Shown here piece by piece: positions 38,994 through 52,431 of a DNA stretch of 64,000 nt (within the stretch, counting starts at the first letter, position 1; each line of letters begins with the position of its first letter). The notes beneath the pieces were generated by a model that worked only from the letters and a program-made list of their open reading frames with translations, ran no database searches and had not been told where the DNA came from. Source of the stretch: Hyaloraphidium curvatum SAG 235-1 (Eukaryota; Fungi; Monoblepharomycota). Where the stretch lies: positions 372,001-436,000 of the forward strand of contig JAIVFI010000016.1 in NCBI GenBank assembly GCA_025558095.1, in the 5' to 3' direction. The position numbers and the translations under genes are program-made.

Positions 38994-41900
38994 TCAGGCA
39001 AAGCTCTTCAAGGCAATTGACGGCGCTTTCCGCTGCTGGCCTGCCTCCAGAGCAGCTTGCAGCCTGTTCTTCGTAGCGACATCAACCATGCCGACGACGC
39101 CGCGGAAACCCGCGGGATCCGAAACCGCCAACTGCATGAGCGCTTGCGACACAGTGCGCTGCAATTGCTTCGATTGGGAGGATATGTGTCTCGGCTCGTA
39201 CCGTTCTTCGTCGGTCGAGCTTGTCGGAGCCAGGAGGCGTGCCAACAGATCGACGTTCGCTGCGAGAAATGCAGATCCTGCATGTCTCGCATCAGTGGGA
39301 CATCCACAGACTCCAGATAGGAACTCACTCTCTCCATCGGCTGGCAAGCAAGCGGCCGCAGAGGCCAGCACTTGAAGAAGCAGTTCGACAGGCACAGTTG
39401 CCGCGTCCGCGAGAGGTTCTGTGTGGACCCTGTTTGCCCTTGCGAGCGCAAAGTCGAATAGCAAGGGGCCAAGCCGCCGGATGAGCCGTCTGCCAGTCGC
39501 CGAGACGAGTTGCGATTCGCTCCGGGCGAGCCCGAATGCTCCGTTTGCAAATCTGAGTGCTGCGCTTGCGCTCTGGGGGGGAGTTAACGAATATACTTCT
39601 GGTGAAACAGAGACAATCCCACCTCGATGCCTCCGTATGCGAGGACGTTCTCCATTGCCTCGACAATAGGTTGGAGGATGGTTGCATCAGCCACCACCTG
39701 GGGCAGAGTCACGCACACAACGGTCAAAGCCTTGAAGACCGTGGCTCTCCGTTCATCCGAGCTGTTCTTCCGTGTCCTGCAAACGGCAGCGCTCGCGAAA
39801 CGATACACGAGACCGAACCGATTGCAACTTACAAGAGCGCCATCATCTCACCACGAACCAGTCCCGATGCAAGCTGCGCGTCCTTGTCCGGCCACGTGGC
39901 AAAAGACCGAAGGCCGACAGCGAGGCCCACCAGAAGGCGGGACTGGCGTTCTTGATCTGTCTCTGGGACTAAAGAAGCTTGCAACGAGCGTCAGTCCCTC
40001 CAGAGATCCGCGGAACGTCGCCCGCTCCCACCAAGCACAACAGCGAGCCAGAGGGGCACATATCTGGTGGCAAACTCCGGCGGCATTTTGCCAATCCAAG
40101 AAGAAAAGGCGGCAGCGGTGCAAACGACCGTGGAATCCGCCCAACCATCGAATCCTGCGTCGCGATGGTTAGCTGCATGAAACTACCTGATCAAGGCGAC
40201 ATCACGCACGGTTCCGAACCCCTCCAAAGCCCAAGAGATGGTGCGAAGCGATATCGGCAAAGATCTTGAGGAACATCGAGCCGTTCCGGGCGGTTTTCGC
40301 CTCGGCCGCCACAGATTCCGGCGCCAGCTGGGACAGAGCGATGTCGAGGATAGTCGCCACTGCGTCACGCGACGGTGGCGACGTATCTACGAGGCGATCA
40401 AGAACAGCCAACGTTTCGTTCAGGGCAAACTGCGCATTGCGGGTCAGCCAGATCGAGGTGGTGTCGTCAATGCCACGCACTTCCTGCTCTAAAAAGCGAG
40501 CACCTCCGCAACCCAGGAATGACTTGAGCGCCAGAAGGCTGTACGAAACTTCCTGCTCGCGCGGCAGAGACTTGGTCCCTGAAGAAACCTTGTCCTCGCT
40601 CGCAACGGCGCGCAAGCACAAGCCGCAGAGAATGGTGAGGACTCCATCCGCGTCGGCCAGGCTTCCATCGGCGAGCTGGGACAATGTTTCGAGAACTCCC
40701 GGAACCTCGACGGCGATGCTCAGAGCACGCAAGATGTAAACCCAATTGTCGGTGTAGAACTGCAGAGTCGCACATCAAGCTCAGAATCGCATCGATGGCG
40801 TGGCACTTACGGGCAAAATAACGTTGCGGGTGGCCTCGAGATACGTCAATGAGCTGCCCACGTCAATAGTGAGCGGAAATCCTCCCAGGCTACGAAGGAC
40901 GTCGTTCTCCAAGGACAACCTGCGTGCGAGAAAGCATTGGACCAAGCTCAGCGACATTCCTGGAATGCCCACCGGCCGTATTCCCGCAAGGTCTTGAACC
41001 ATAGCTTGGCGAGAGTAGCCTGGTGCCTGAAGCAGACACAATGAGTTCGACAACGACAGAGACCGGCTTTCTTGAATACCCACGGTTGCACAACCGGCCT
41101 CAGGATGTCACCGTGAACCGTGGACATCAAGAGTCGCGCCCAAGCTCCCTGGACGGCCAACCGTACCATCGCTGACGCATGGGGTTGCGGGTCACTTCCG
41201 TCGCCCTTTTCGGCTGAGGAGGACGGTGAGAGACAAGATACCGACGATTGGCCAAAATCCTGACCGGCTATCTTGGCGAGAAGCTCCTGCAGCAGACGAA
41301 GGACTCTAGACAGGGTGCTGAGGTCTTGATTGATGCCGCTGGCAAGGTAAACCGCGCTGACGCGGCATGCAGCACTGGAGACCTCGGCCGACGAGTCGCT
41401 CGTCATCGCAGGGCTGAGTGCAGAACTGATTTGGGCCTGGTACTGCTCCAGAAGGGAGTGTCCTTCGAAATCCGGATCTTGCACCTGACCAAAGGACTGT
41501 GACAAGACCAAGTCAGAATACAAAACTGCGAGGCCGCGCTACGGCTACCTCGAGCACATCCTGCAGCAGATCCAAGCCACTAAGCCTCAAATCTTGAACT
41601 GGGGCCGTCGCGGCGCTGAACGCGATGCGAATGACATCGGCCATGCGGTAGATGAAAAAATCGCTCCGCTTGCCGTGCTCCTCATCCCGAGACCGCGCGA
41701 CCAACAAGTCCACGTGCTCGCGTTGTCCAGACGCCACGACCTCGTGGAGCAGTTGGCGAATGCATGCCATTGCGAAGATGTGCGTTCTCCATCGAGGCAG
41801 CAACATAATGGCGGCCGCGATGGTGGGTGCCGCATGAACCGTCGAAGTCCCTGTTTCGCCCGTCTGGGCATCCAGCATCGAGCTGTCGTCGTCGCCCGCA

Positions 41901-44900
41901 TCGGCGTTCGAGCTGGCTTGGACCGCATCGGCCGCTGGCGCTACCGCAGCTGCGGCCGTCGAAGCGGACAGGATCCGCTTGCAAAGGTCGATCCACCTCG
42001 AAGGAGCCTTTGTCGCCGAAAACCGAACCAATTCACGAAGCACGTCCTTGATCTCGTCCCGCACCATCGCCTCGCCCTCCGTGTCCAGGAGCCCGAACAG
42101 CTGTTCCTCCAGCGAATCAGCCTGCAACAGCAACCGTTCCGGATTCCGCTTCGCCATCTGGTAGAGGCACGTGACGCACGCCTTCCTGAGCACGCGAACC
42201 TGGGAGCGTACGTCCTGGGCCAGAAGGGCCTGCATGTACGGCACGAGACTTGCTGTGTCGAGGTGTGTGGGATCGAAGAGCATGAACTGCTGCGCGCACT
42301 TCAACGCCTCCACGGCGATGAAGGGATCTGACTGGTAGCGCATCTCCTCGTACTGCGCAAAGCACATGTCTCTCACTGCCTTGCTCTTGTCCGCCAGTTC
42401 GGGACCTGTGTGCGATGGGATAAGCAAGGGCTGCTTCACGTCATGGAACTGCCGACCCGCACCAATCACGTTGAGAGTTGCAGACAGGATGCGACCGAGA
42501 ATTGGACCGATATACTCGTTGCCTTCTGCGTTTCCTGCGGCGCCCAGGTGATGACCGTCCGAGCACAGAACCTTGTAGATGAGGTCCAGCGTGGCCTGCA
42601 CGTTGGAACCGAACATGAGCCCGGAGCCCTCGACCATGAGCAGAATGCCGACTAGAGCCCATGTGTGCACGGTGGGATGGGCGTCCATAGCGAGAGACTG
42701 CAGAATGCCGAAGCCAGTTTTGAGCTGCGGTATTCCCGAAAGGCTGCCGCCGTAGCATTGGATACTGCCCAACCCCAAAGCCGCGCCTGCGCGCGTGTTT
42801 GGCTCGCGCACATCGACAATCGCCTGCACCAACTGCTGAGTTAGCGAGCTGGTGAAGGACGATGAGTTGACGACCTGTGCGAGGCGTCCTATGCTTTCGC
42901 TTGCGAGGGCGCGAATCGAGCTATGATCGTGGAAAAGCCCCATCTAGACGGCAAATGCCATCAGTCCGCGGCGACAGCGATCCTTGCGCAATTGAACTCA
43001 CGAAGACGAGCTCTCGCAAGAGCTCCGGAACCCGTCCGGTGACGACATTTCCCTGTCTCGCAACTGCGTGCTTCAGAGCACTGAACACCCCACCCAGTGC
43101 ATTGACCATGGGGTCGACGGGGCCTTTCGCGGACCTCTTGACAGTCCTCAGCAGGTCTTCCAGAATCTTTTCCTGCACAGAGGACCCGACGGCGACGAAG
43201 AGTTGCCCGAATGCATCGATGGCAGCATCGACAGCATCGATGCTGGCTGGCGGCACCATGGGGCACTCGACGCGCCGAGGATCCACTGCAGCCAGATCCA
43301 CTTTTTGAAAAAAGACAGCGCTCGCGTCGTTCTCGGGAGTCGAACCAAGGAAGCGCTCCGCCTGGCGTATGCGAGATCAGCTCCGGAGTGCCACAGCTGC
43401 AGATGAAACCCACCTGTTCCTCGATCGTCTGCACGTCCAGGTCTCTGAGCAGTATCCGGTTGATGCCACGATCCTCCGTCGCCACATTTCCGGCAATCGT
43501 GAACGAGAGTCCTCTGACATAGCTCGTGGCGAGCGCATCCCCGTGCTCTGGAGCAAGCGTCCCCACAATGGAAGCCATTAAGGGCGCGCTCGCCTCAAAC
43601 GACCCCAACTGATAAAGCAGGCAGCAACACCGATACAAACGAGCCCGAATGTGGCACTCCTGCTCGGCAAGATCTTCCTCTGGCGCCTCACCGCTGTTCC
43701 CCGCTTTCGTCGGCGCGGCTTTGCCGATACGCCGGGTCGCATCCAGCGCCACCTGCGCTTCATGCAGCCAAAAGGACACCTTTTTGTCCAGTTCCGCATT
43801 CAGGAGCTCCTTGCCGTTGAACTCGAGGAAGGTGCGCAAAGCAATGAGCGCGGCGTCGGTCACCTGCAGGTACATTTGGAGTTCTCCGTCGCTGCGTGGA
43901 AGCAGCTTGCTCCCGTATCTCTCGAAATGGCTCCGCCAGAAGGTTACAATCTGTTGCAAGTGCACCTTGCAGAAATCGGGCCCCAGGCACATGAGGCTTG
44001 CGATCAGAATCCACGCCACTTCAGCCTGAATGCCGACAATCCGGAAGCTTTTCCCCTGGCTGGCGAGCTTAAGGAGGTGCACGGCCAGGGCCAAGACTTT
44101 GGCACACAGCTCGAAGCTGACGTACAGAGGTCTGCAGGGCACGACCGAGATGAGCGACGCGAGTGCCAAGGCGTATCCGCGGAACCGTTTCGTCCTGTCC
44201 GGCTGATCCGGCGTTAGGTTGGCGACCTCCTTCTTCAGCCAGGGAACGATGCGCGCAATCAACTTGGCGATGTTCTGCGGCGCAGAAAGACACACGCTAC
44301 GCAGCGTCCAGCAGACGGCCGTGTTGACCGATTTGGAGAGGTGGTTGAGCAGATTCCCAAGCGGCTCGACGACCTCCGCGACGTTCGATGCGGCCGGCCC
44401 GACATCATTCAGCAGACTGGCCACTTCCATGAGGACGGTCACGACGGCTGCTTTGCTTGGCCCGGGCGTTCCCGCCGCCGGAGGCCACCTTTTGAGCCAT
44501 CCATCGTTCAGTATCCGAATCGCCTGATTCTGGCCGGCTTCGCTCAGCATCTTGGCCAGAACATTCCGGAGGAGGTAGGTGCACCATTCGCGGGTCGCAA
44601 GGGTGGCACTTTTCGAAGTGCAAAGCTTCGGATGGCATGAAAGTTCGACAATGTGGATCGCAATCTCGGCGTAGTTGGCCTCGACGAACGCCTGCCCGCA
44701 TTGGCGAAAGAATGCAGCATACCCTTCGACAATCCCCACGCGGACCGTCGGAGTCGGATGCTTGATCAGATATTGAGCATAGAAGGTGAGGGTCTCGCCC
44801 AACGACATCATGGGACGAGTGCTGGTCGGTTCGCCCCCCCTCTTCTTGGCATCAACAGGCGGCAGCGGTGGCACCAGGGCGAAAGCCAGCACCGTCCCAA

Positions 44901-46433
44901 TGAGCGCGGCAACAGACCGCCGGAGAGAATAGTTCGAGTTCTCGAGGGTGTAGCGCATCAGGGGATGCAGCAAGGAGTCAAGATCGTCGATCTTCGCCGG
45001 ACGCAGGTGCACGGTGTTCTTGAGCAGCGAGTCCAGACAATCGCATGCTGCCGTCCTGACGGCGATAGAACGGTCCCGGATCGCTTCCCGGGCCGCTTTG
45101 GCAATGTCTTTTGCCGTTGGTTCGGATGCCGATCTGCCCGAGCCCTCCAGCGAGCGCGCGAGAGCGTAATATGACTCGCAACGGAGCACTCCGTCGATTC
45201 CCGACTTTGTGTTCTTGACGAGCGCGGCAGCGGTCCCCGCAAACAACGACCCGACGCTGTCGCCAAAACCCATGGTGAGCATCCCGAGCACAAAGCTGAC
45301 GGCGACCCGGACCACGACCGGCGGCGGCGGCGCTTTTGCGGGCGGGGATAGGATCCTCTCCAGAGCCGAAACGGTGTCGAAAACCGTGCGGCGGTCCCCG
45401 CTGGAATAGAGCTGAGTAAAGATCCTCGAAATCGAGTGGGCTGCGGGCAGCGTAGGTTTGGGAGACTCCATCGTTAGGATCCTGAGCAATGTGGCTTCGA
45501 GCCCCGTTTGGATCGGTTTCAGGTCAGCCTAAAGAGGTCAACGTCAGTCCCACGCGGCTCGTAAAGGAACGAGCGACATGCCTTTGCCAACGGCCGCAGC
45601 GCGAGCTCAACATTGTGCAGCCAACGGAAAACTGCAGATTCCCTGGCGTCGACGGGCAGAGACAGAATGCCGTCGTCAAACGCAAACGAGAATGCCGCGT
45701 TGTCCGAACCCGCCGAAGCAGCAGCCGATCTCGACGGAGCGGATCGGCCCCCGTGCCGAGCCGCTTCACGCCCTTCACCAAAGGGCTGCTTGGGTTTCTC
45801 CGTCAATGGCGCTTGCGGCCGCGGTGGGGCCTCAAACGCCGCAAAGTCCGCGCTTCCTCCAGGCTCCGCTCGGGAACCGAAAGCCTCGAAGGTGGGCGCG
45901 TCGAAGGCAGCAAACGACACTTCGGCGGTCGATGCCTGCGGAAATTCGGCAGCAAAGGCTTCGAACCCGACCTCTGCGAACCCGCTGTTGACGTTGTCCG
46001 AGCTCCCGACAGACGAGCGGCCGACTGGTGGGGATCCCAGGGCCGAGGCAGCCGCTGACGCGGGACCCTCCAGAGTGGGGCTAGCAAAGCCCACGTTGCC
46101 GGAAGCGTTTTCTGCATGAGCAAAGTCTGCGAAGGCGTCCAGAACAGCTGGGGAGTCCTCCGCGTGGAACGTAGACGCGGTCTCCGGGCCCCGCGTCGGC
46201 GCCGCTTCCAACGGACTTAATTCCGGGCTGCCGAAAATGTCAAAAAGATCACGCGCCGCTGACGAAGATGGCTTCGAGGCGGCGAGTTTGGCCGGTGCAG
46301 ACGCGGCGAAGGGGTCGAAGGCCGCGAAGACGTCGAAGTCCCCCGTGGACGCGCCGCTCGGCGTTGGGGCGGAGCTCGACGCGCCCGGGGCTTCTGCGTC
46401 ATTGCCGAACGCGTCGAACGCCGACCAGGACAT
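38994..46433 (-). CDS. HEAT repeat protein HEATR5/Laa1/Sip1 (AP-1 accessory), multi-exon
   Basis: LYSSGDRRTVFDTV, R.LA.ESIGRLA, RAGAALGLGSI..YGG, LLPRWRTHIFA, SLLEQYQAQISSALSPA, and C-terminal APSIALKSF; ATG at 46433. Confidence 0.9.
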
Positions 46434-46533
46434 CGCAAGGTGTGGGTCGCGTTGTGATACTAGTTCCGAAGTGCGTGTACAGTACGCGCGTGCATGATCG
46501 TGCGTCTCCCACACCTGTCCGCGTGAACCGAGA

Positions 46534-49196
46534 ATGGCGGAGGCAGACGCGAACCCGGTCTCGCCGCTGTCGGCTCTCTCCTTCATGACGGGCGTCCTCC
46601 TGGGAGACGGCCGGGACGGCGCGACGTCCGATGAGAGCGAGGAGTTCGATGCCTCGGTCGCGCGTCATACGCTCATGTCGCCGGTGGAGCCGCGGGCGAC
46701 GCTGAGGCGCTCCGAAGTCAGAGCGTCTGAGGACCCGGACGATACCTCCGATTCCGGGCTTGGTTCGGAGTCATCCGAACTTGCCGATGAACTCCTTCCC
46801 CCGCTGACTTGGGAGCTGTCGCGATGCCTCGAGTTCGACGCCGAGTACGACGCGGACGATCTGGCCGACCTCGGGACAGAGGGCCTTCATGCCGAGGATT
46901 CTGACGATGCCGACGACGAGGAGAGCGTCGCTTCATCGGAGGAGCCCATCTTCACCGAAGGCGGGATCGTGAACTTGGCGGCCGACGCCAGCTCTCATTC
47001 CCACCTTGAGGGTGACGGCATCAGCTCGCCCGTCAAGGAGACCATTGCCGAGGCGTGGGCGCACATCCGAGAATCGGCCGAAGTCGTGCCCGTCACCCGG
47101 GCAACGTCGACCACTTCGAGCTCCGTCAACGAATCCTCCAAATCCCGGAGGAGGAAATCGAACGCGCGATTCGGCTCGACAGGCTCTATTCCACAGGCCG
47201 AGCTGTATCGTTTGGTCCACGGAGAGTCCTACGTGCCCCCTCGGTTGTCGCCACTCACGCACCCCCCGACACACCTCGAGCTGGACTCGTCAGGGAGGCT
47301 TCCGCACGCACTACGGGCTAGTTACCACGAGGAGGAGGTGTCGCGGGCGATATCTGCCACCGTGCTCATGTGCCCGTTGTTTGGGTTCCTTCAGGTGGGA
47401 GGTGGTACGCTTTGACCGGAGCAATGCGTTGAGCTTCCCGCCGCACCAGATGGTCTTTATGATCAATGGCAGTGCCCACTTTGCTCTTTCTGCCTCCTAG
47501 TGCTGATCTAGCGATTCCAACAGATCAGCTCTACTTCTCGACAGCCCCCTTCTACAGCCGACTCGTCCTGATCCGCCTCAGTGCTGTCACCTTCTTCTTC
47601 CTCGTCGCGCTCCGCGCGTACATGCTTCAGCGCACCATCGAAAGCAGCCCGAAGAACAGGACGGTAGGTCGCTTCTCGAAGCGCTCCGCCCGCGCGGCCT
47701 GACGTTGCGAAAGGACGACCCGTGGGTCTCCAATGCTCGCATTATCCTGACGGTGAGTCGCGCGATCGCCACTCCGCCATTTCAGCTGACGAGAATCTGT
47801 AGTGGGCGACGTTCGGAGGTGCCACCGCCAACACCGAGCTCATCATCCTCTCGATGCCGAATCCCGCGACGTAGGCTTGCACGTGCCGCCGCTTACTTGC
47901 CGTGCGTGACGCCGCTATTCCGTAGGTCTCCATACTGGGTCGGCTTTACGTTGATCCTTCTCAGCCTCTTCATGACGAGGTACCGTCCCGTCCCTGTGCC
48001 GTTTCGGTGCAGCACTCACGCTCGTCCCCGGCAGACCCTTCTCCTACCGTCCGCTGATCGAATTTGCGTGCTGCATAGTTTTTCAGCACCTGTTCCTGAC
48101 TTGGTGGTTCGACCCCATGGGAGCTCGGGAGCCATCCTTCCCGTCTCGGGCCGTGTTTCTCCTGGCGATGGTCGTTGTCGGTGCGGTGGGCAGCGCGCAG
48201 CTCGAGACTCTGCGGCGGCAGGAATTTCTCTCCCGCAAGGACCTCAGGCGCCAGAAGGACTGGTCCAACCTGCTACTTCATTCGGTGCTCCCGTCGCCGA
48301 TCGCGCGCGAGCTGGAGGCGTCGGGCCGCGTGGTGGCCCGCGACGTCGAGGACGCGACGATCCTATTCTCGGACTTTGTCGGCTTCACGTCGATCAGCGC
48401 CGTCACGAGCGCCAAGCAGCTCGTCAAGGCGCTGGATCGCCTCTTTGCGGTGTTCGACATCATCATTTCCAGGCATCGCCTCGAGAAGCTCAAGACCATC
48501 GGCGATGCGTACATGTGCGCCGCCGGACTGGTGGACGACGGCCCCGCGGAGGCGGATGCCGGCTTTTTGAACTTGGTCCAGTCGATCCTCGCGGGGCTCG
48601 AAATGATCGGCTGGCTGCAGGGCGGTGGCTTCCGCCCGCGCTTGCCTTTCGGCAGCACCCCGGAGGAAGTCTGGAAAATCAGGATCGGCATCCACCGGGG
48701 CCCGGTGACGGCCGGCGTCATCGGACGCAGCCGCTTCGCATTCGACTGCTGGGGCTCGACGGTCAACATCGCGTCGCGCCTTGAATCGTCGAGCATGCCC
48801 GGCAAGATTAACATAGCCGCGGAGGTGTTCCGGCAGGTGGAGCACCTTTTCGAGGGGACCCATCGCGGTGCGATCCCGGTCAAGAACTTGCCTTTCGGAG
48901 AGGTCGAGCAGACCTTCATTGGTGCGTGGTCTTCCGTACGCGGGTTTCGTTCCGGCCCAGTTGACATGTCGCGGCAATTATTAGATCGGATCAAGCCGGA
49001 ATATTCGATGGACCTGGAGGGCAAGATCCCCAACGCCCTCTTTTGGGAGGTGGCCAAGCGCGGGCCTCGATTACCGTACAGCTCGTGTCTCACGGCAGAG
49101 AGTCGTTGGCGCGGGTTCGCGGTACCGGTGGTTCAGGTACCGTCTGTTTCTGTTCACCTCGACAGTGGCAGCGATGTCGACGTGGCCACGCAATAA
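46534..49196 (+). CDS. Membrane-anchored class III nucleotidyl cyclase (adenylate cyclase-type residues), multi-exon
   Basis: ILFSDFVGFT, LEKLKTIGDAYM, IRIGIHRGPVTAGVIG...FDCWGSTVNIASRLES; several hydrophobic segments at 47340-48195; acidic N-terminus. Linkage of the N-terminal exons is inferred. Confidence 0.88.
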
Positions 49197-49265
49197 ATCT
49201 CCTTCCACACGAAAGTACATCGCTCGAATACCGTGCGTCCCCCAGCAGCATTACAACATCTCGTG

Positions 49266-50921
49266 TTACGCCGACGATCCGTTCTCGCTCGGCACGGTGG
49301 GGAGGGCCGGGTGCTCCTGAACCGCGTCCTCCGCTTCTGCGGGTTCCGCAGGAAGCTGCACCGACATCCTGTTTGCCTTTGTCGTCGCCCCCTGCTTCTT
49401 CATTGCCGAGGGCCTCCCCGGGGTCGCCGCGAATCCCGAGTCCGCCCCCGTGGAAACGACCGAGTCGCGGTTGGAAGCCCCCACCGACGCGCCCGCCGAG
49501 GCCTGGGCCGCCGCCGGGCCGCCGTCCACGAAAGAGTTCCTCGAGGGCTGCATTACCATCAGAGGCGCCGGATAGAAGCCCGGCGGTGGCGTGAGCGGCA
49601 CCATGCCATCCTCCGACGGGACGTAGTAGCCGCCGTTGGGTCCGATGAAGATCGGTTGCTGCGCCGGGACAAAGGCCGACGGGTCCCACACGCCCGAACG
49701 GCGGGAGGCCGGGGCCGTTCCGGCGTAGGAATAGCGGTTCCGGGTGCCCACCGAGCCAAAGACGGCGTCGCCGTCGATGACGACGGTGGCAGGCCGGGGC
49801 CGGGTGCTCCGCGGAACCGGGGGGGCGGACGGAGGAGGCATGGAGAGCCGGTTGGCCGCCTTGGTCGCGTCCGCAGCGGTCGCCGTGCCGGCTCCCACTG
49901 TGTCCGGCACCTGGAAAGCGACCGACGTGCGGTCGCCGGCGGCGCGCTCGCCGGCGACGGCCATCGCAGAGGCACCCGCGGCGGCGACCGCGATCCCCGC
50001 TGCGGGAACGGCACGATGGGCGGTTACGGCGAAGTCAGAGTCCGGTTCCGGCGTTCGGGCGGCGATCGACGAAGCATGGACGTCGGCTGGACGTTGACAG
50101 GGGGAAGGATCAGCGTCGAGACGGCGAGTCGGCGGTGCGATCACACCTTCCCAGGCCGGTGCGTCGATCTTGGGGGCCATCTCCATGACCGAAGGTGCCT
50201 TGTCGCCGGGGGCCGATGGTGATCCCGGGGGGGCCGCGGCAGCGACCTTGACGTCCCCTTCCTCGACCGCGACCTGCTTCGCCGCAACCTTGCCCTCTTC
50301 GGCCCGCTTTTTCCCGCACGAATAGAGCAGCCAGCCCAGCAGCCCCAGCAGGAGCAGGCCCCCGACCACGACGCCGATGATGAAGCCAGCCTTTGCACCG
50401 CTGGAGAGGCTGTCGAACCAGCTTACGGGCGGGCCGGGGACGTCGGCGCAGTTGGTGCCGTCGGCGGGCGACGTGCAGACGACGCAGGTGGTGCCGTTGA
50501 AGAAGGTCCCCCAGCCGCAGACGGGAACCGTGGGGAGAACGCTGGCCGAGGTGATCGAAGTGGCGGGGACGGCCGTCGAGCTCGTCGCAGTGCGGGTCCC
50601 GGTCGGGATCGCCGTGACATCGGGGAAGCAGGCTGCGGGCGCGGCGCACCTTGCCTGGAAGCAGCAGAGCGACTGGCATTGCGTCCCCGACGCGGTGCAC
50701 GCGGCGCCGATCTCGCCGCCGGGGAAGCACGTCGCGGTCGCCGCGCAGAGGCCGTCGACGCAGCAGCCCGAGGCGCACTGCAGCGGGCCCGACGCCGTGC
50801 ACGGGTCGCCGATGGGCCGCGCGCCCTGGCGCGCATTCAGCGCCGACGAGGGCGCCGCCGCGAGCAGCGCCGCCATCAGCGCCGCCGCCAGCAGCCGCGG
50901 GTGCGGCGATGCGGGCCGCAT
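49266..50921 (-). CDS. Single-pass type I membrane protein with Cys-rich ectodomain, unknown function
   Basis: 551-aa ORF: signal peptide, two C-C-CC-C-C repeats, Ser/Thr-rich stalk, TM GFIIGVVVGGLLLLGLLGWLLY followed by KKR, Pro/Ala-rich tail. Confidence 0.8.
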   Translation of the reverse strand: MRPASPHPRLLAAALMAALLAAAPSSALNARQGARPIGDPCTASGPLQCASGCCVDGLCAATATCFPGGEIGAACTASGTQCQSLCCFQARCAAPAACFPDVTAIPTGTRTATSSTAVPATSITSASVLPTVPVCGWGTFFNGTTCVVCTSPADGTNCADVPGPPVSWFDSLSSGAKAGFIIGVVVGGLLLLGLLGWLLYSCGKKRAEEGKVAAKQVAVEEGDVKVAAAAPPGSPSAPGDKAPSVMEMAPKIDAPAWEGVIAPPTRRLDADPSPCQRPADVHASSIAARTPEPDSDFAVTAHRAVPAAGIAVAAAGASAMAVAGERAAGDRTSVAFQVPDTVGAGTATAADATKAANRLSMPPPSAPPVPRSTRPRPATVVIDGDAVFGSVGTRNRYSYAGTAPASRRSGVWDPSAFVPAQQPIFIGPNGGYYVPSEDGMVPLTPPPGFYPAPLMVMQPSRNSFVDGGPAAAQASAGASVGASNRDSVVSTGADSGFAATPGRPSAMKKQGATTKANRMSVQLPAEPAEAEDAVQEHPALPTVPSENGSSA

Positions 50922-51117
50922 CGGTCGCTGGACAGGGCGGGGTCCCTCCGCCGGCAGTGCCGTGGTCCCCGAATGATCGACGCGAAGTCAACAGTGCTTT
51001 TATTTGAAGTCGCGCCACACATACCGAAGACACAGTCACTGTTCAAGGCACCTGCTATCCCTTCCGTCCGTCTCCCTAGCCTGCTATCCCTCGTTGGCGC
51101 CCTCCCTCCTCCATAAA

Positions 51118-52431
51118 ATGGCCGCGCCGGCGACGCTCAACTTCGGCGCGGGCCCCGCGATGATCCCGCGCAACGTGCTCGAGAAGGCGCAGGCCGACCT
51201 GCTCAACTACGGCGGCACAGGCATGAGCGTCATGGAGCTGAGCCACAGGTGCGCAACTGCCGCCGCACTCCCGGCGCGTCTGACGCCCCGCAGGTCCAAG
51301 GAGTTCGAGGCCATCCTCGCCGCCGCCGACAAGGACCTGCGCACGCTCATGGACATCCCTGACAACTACAAGGTGCTCTTCCTGCAGGGCGGCGCAACCA
51401 CGCAGTTCTCGGCCGTGCTGTACAACTTCATCGGCCGCAAGCGCGGCGGCGCAGAGAACGGCCACGCCGCGGACGACTGGCGCTCCATCCCCGTCGACTA
51501 CATCGTCACCGGCGGCTGGTCCGACAAGGCCGCCAAGGAGGCGCAGCGGCTGGGCGCAAAGGTCAACATCGTGCTCGACACCAAGAAGCAGGGCTACTCG
51601 GGCGTGCCGCCGCCGGAGCAGTGGAAGCTGTCCGGCCCCTCGGCCGCCTACGTCTACTACTGCTCCAACGAGACCGTGCACGGCGTCGAGTTCCAGAACA
51701 ACGGCGCCGCCGGCCAGGAGGGCGTGTTCCCGGGCGACGTCGTGGACCCCTCGGTCCCGCTCGTCTGCGACATGTCCTCCAACATCCTCTCCCGCCCCCT
51801 GGACGTCTCGCGCTTCGCCCTCATCTACTTTGGGGCGCAGAAGAACGTCGGCCCCTCGGGCCTCACCGTCGTCGTCGTGCGCTCGGACCTGCTCGACGCC
51901 ACGCACCCCGGCCTGGTCCCGCCCATCATGCTCGAGTACAAGACCGCGGCGGACAACACCAGCATGTACAACACCCCGCCGACGTTTGCCATCTACGTCT
52001 CGGGCCTGGTTTTCAAGGACCTGATCGAGAAGGGCGGCATTGCCGCCGTTGACAAGGTCAACGAGGCCAAGGCCAAGAAGCTCTACGGCGCCATCGAGGC
52101 CTCGAACGGCTTCTACCGCTGCGTGGTGAAGGAGGGCTTCAGGTGGGCATCGGCGTGTTTTCGGAGGCGTGATCGTCGAGGCTGACGGCCCGACAGGTCG
52201 AGGATGAACGTTCCCTTCCGCATCTACGGCTCGGCCACGGAAGCAGCCCCTTCGGCGGACCTGGAGTCCAAGTTCCTGAAGGGCGCCCTGCAGCGGAATA
52301 TGCAGCAGCTACCCGGGCACAGGTCCGTCGGCGGCATCCGCGCCAGCATCTACAACGCGATGCCGCTCGCGGGCGTCGAGGCGCTCTGCGCCTACATGGA
52401 GGAGTTCGCCAAGGCCAACGCCAAGGCATGA
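51118..52431 (+). CDS. SER1: Phosphoserine aminotransferase, multi-exon
   Basis: [71 protein letters not shown]. Confidence 0.97.
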
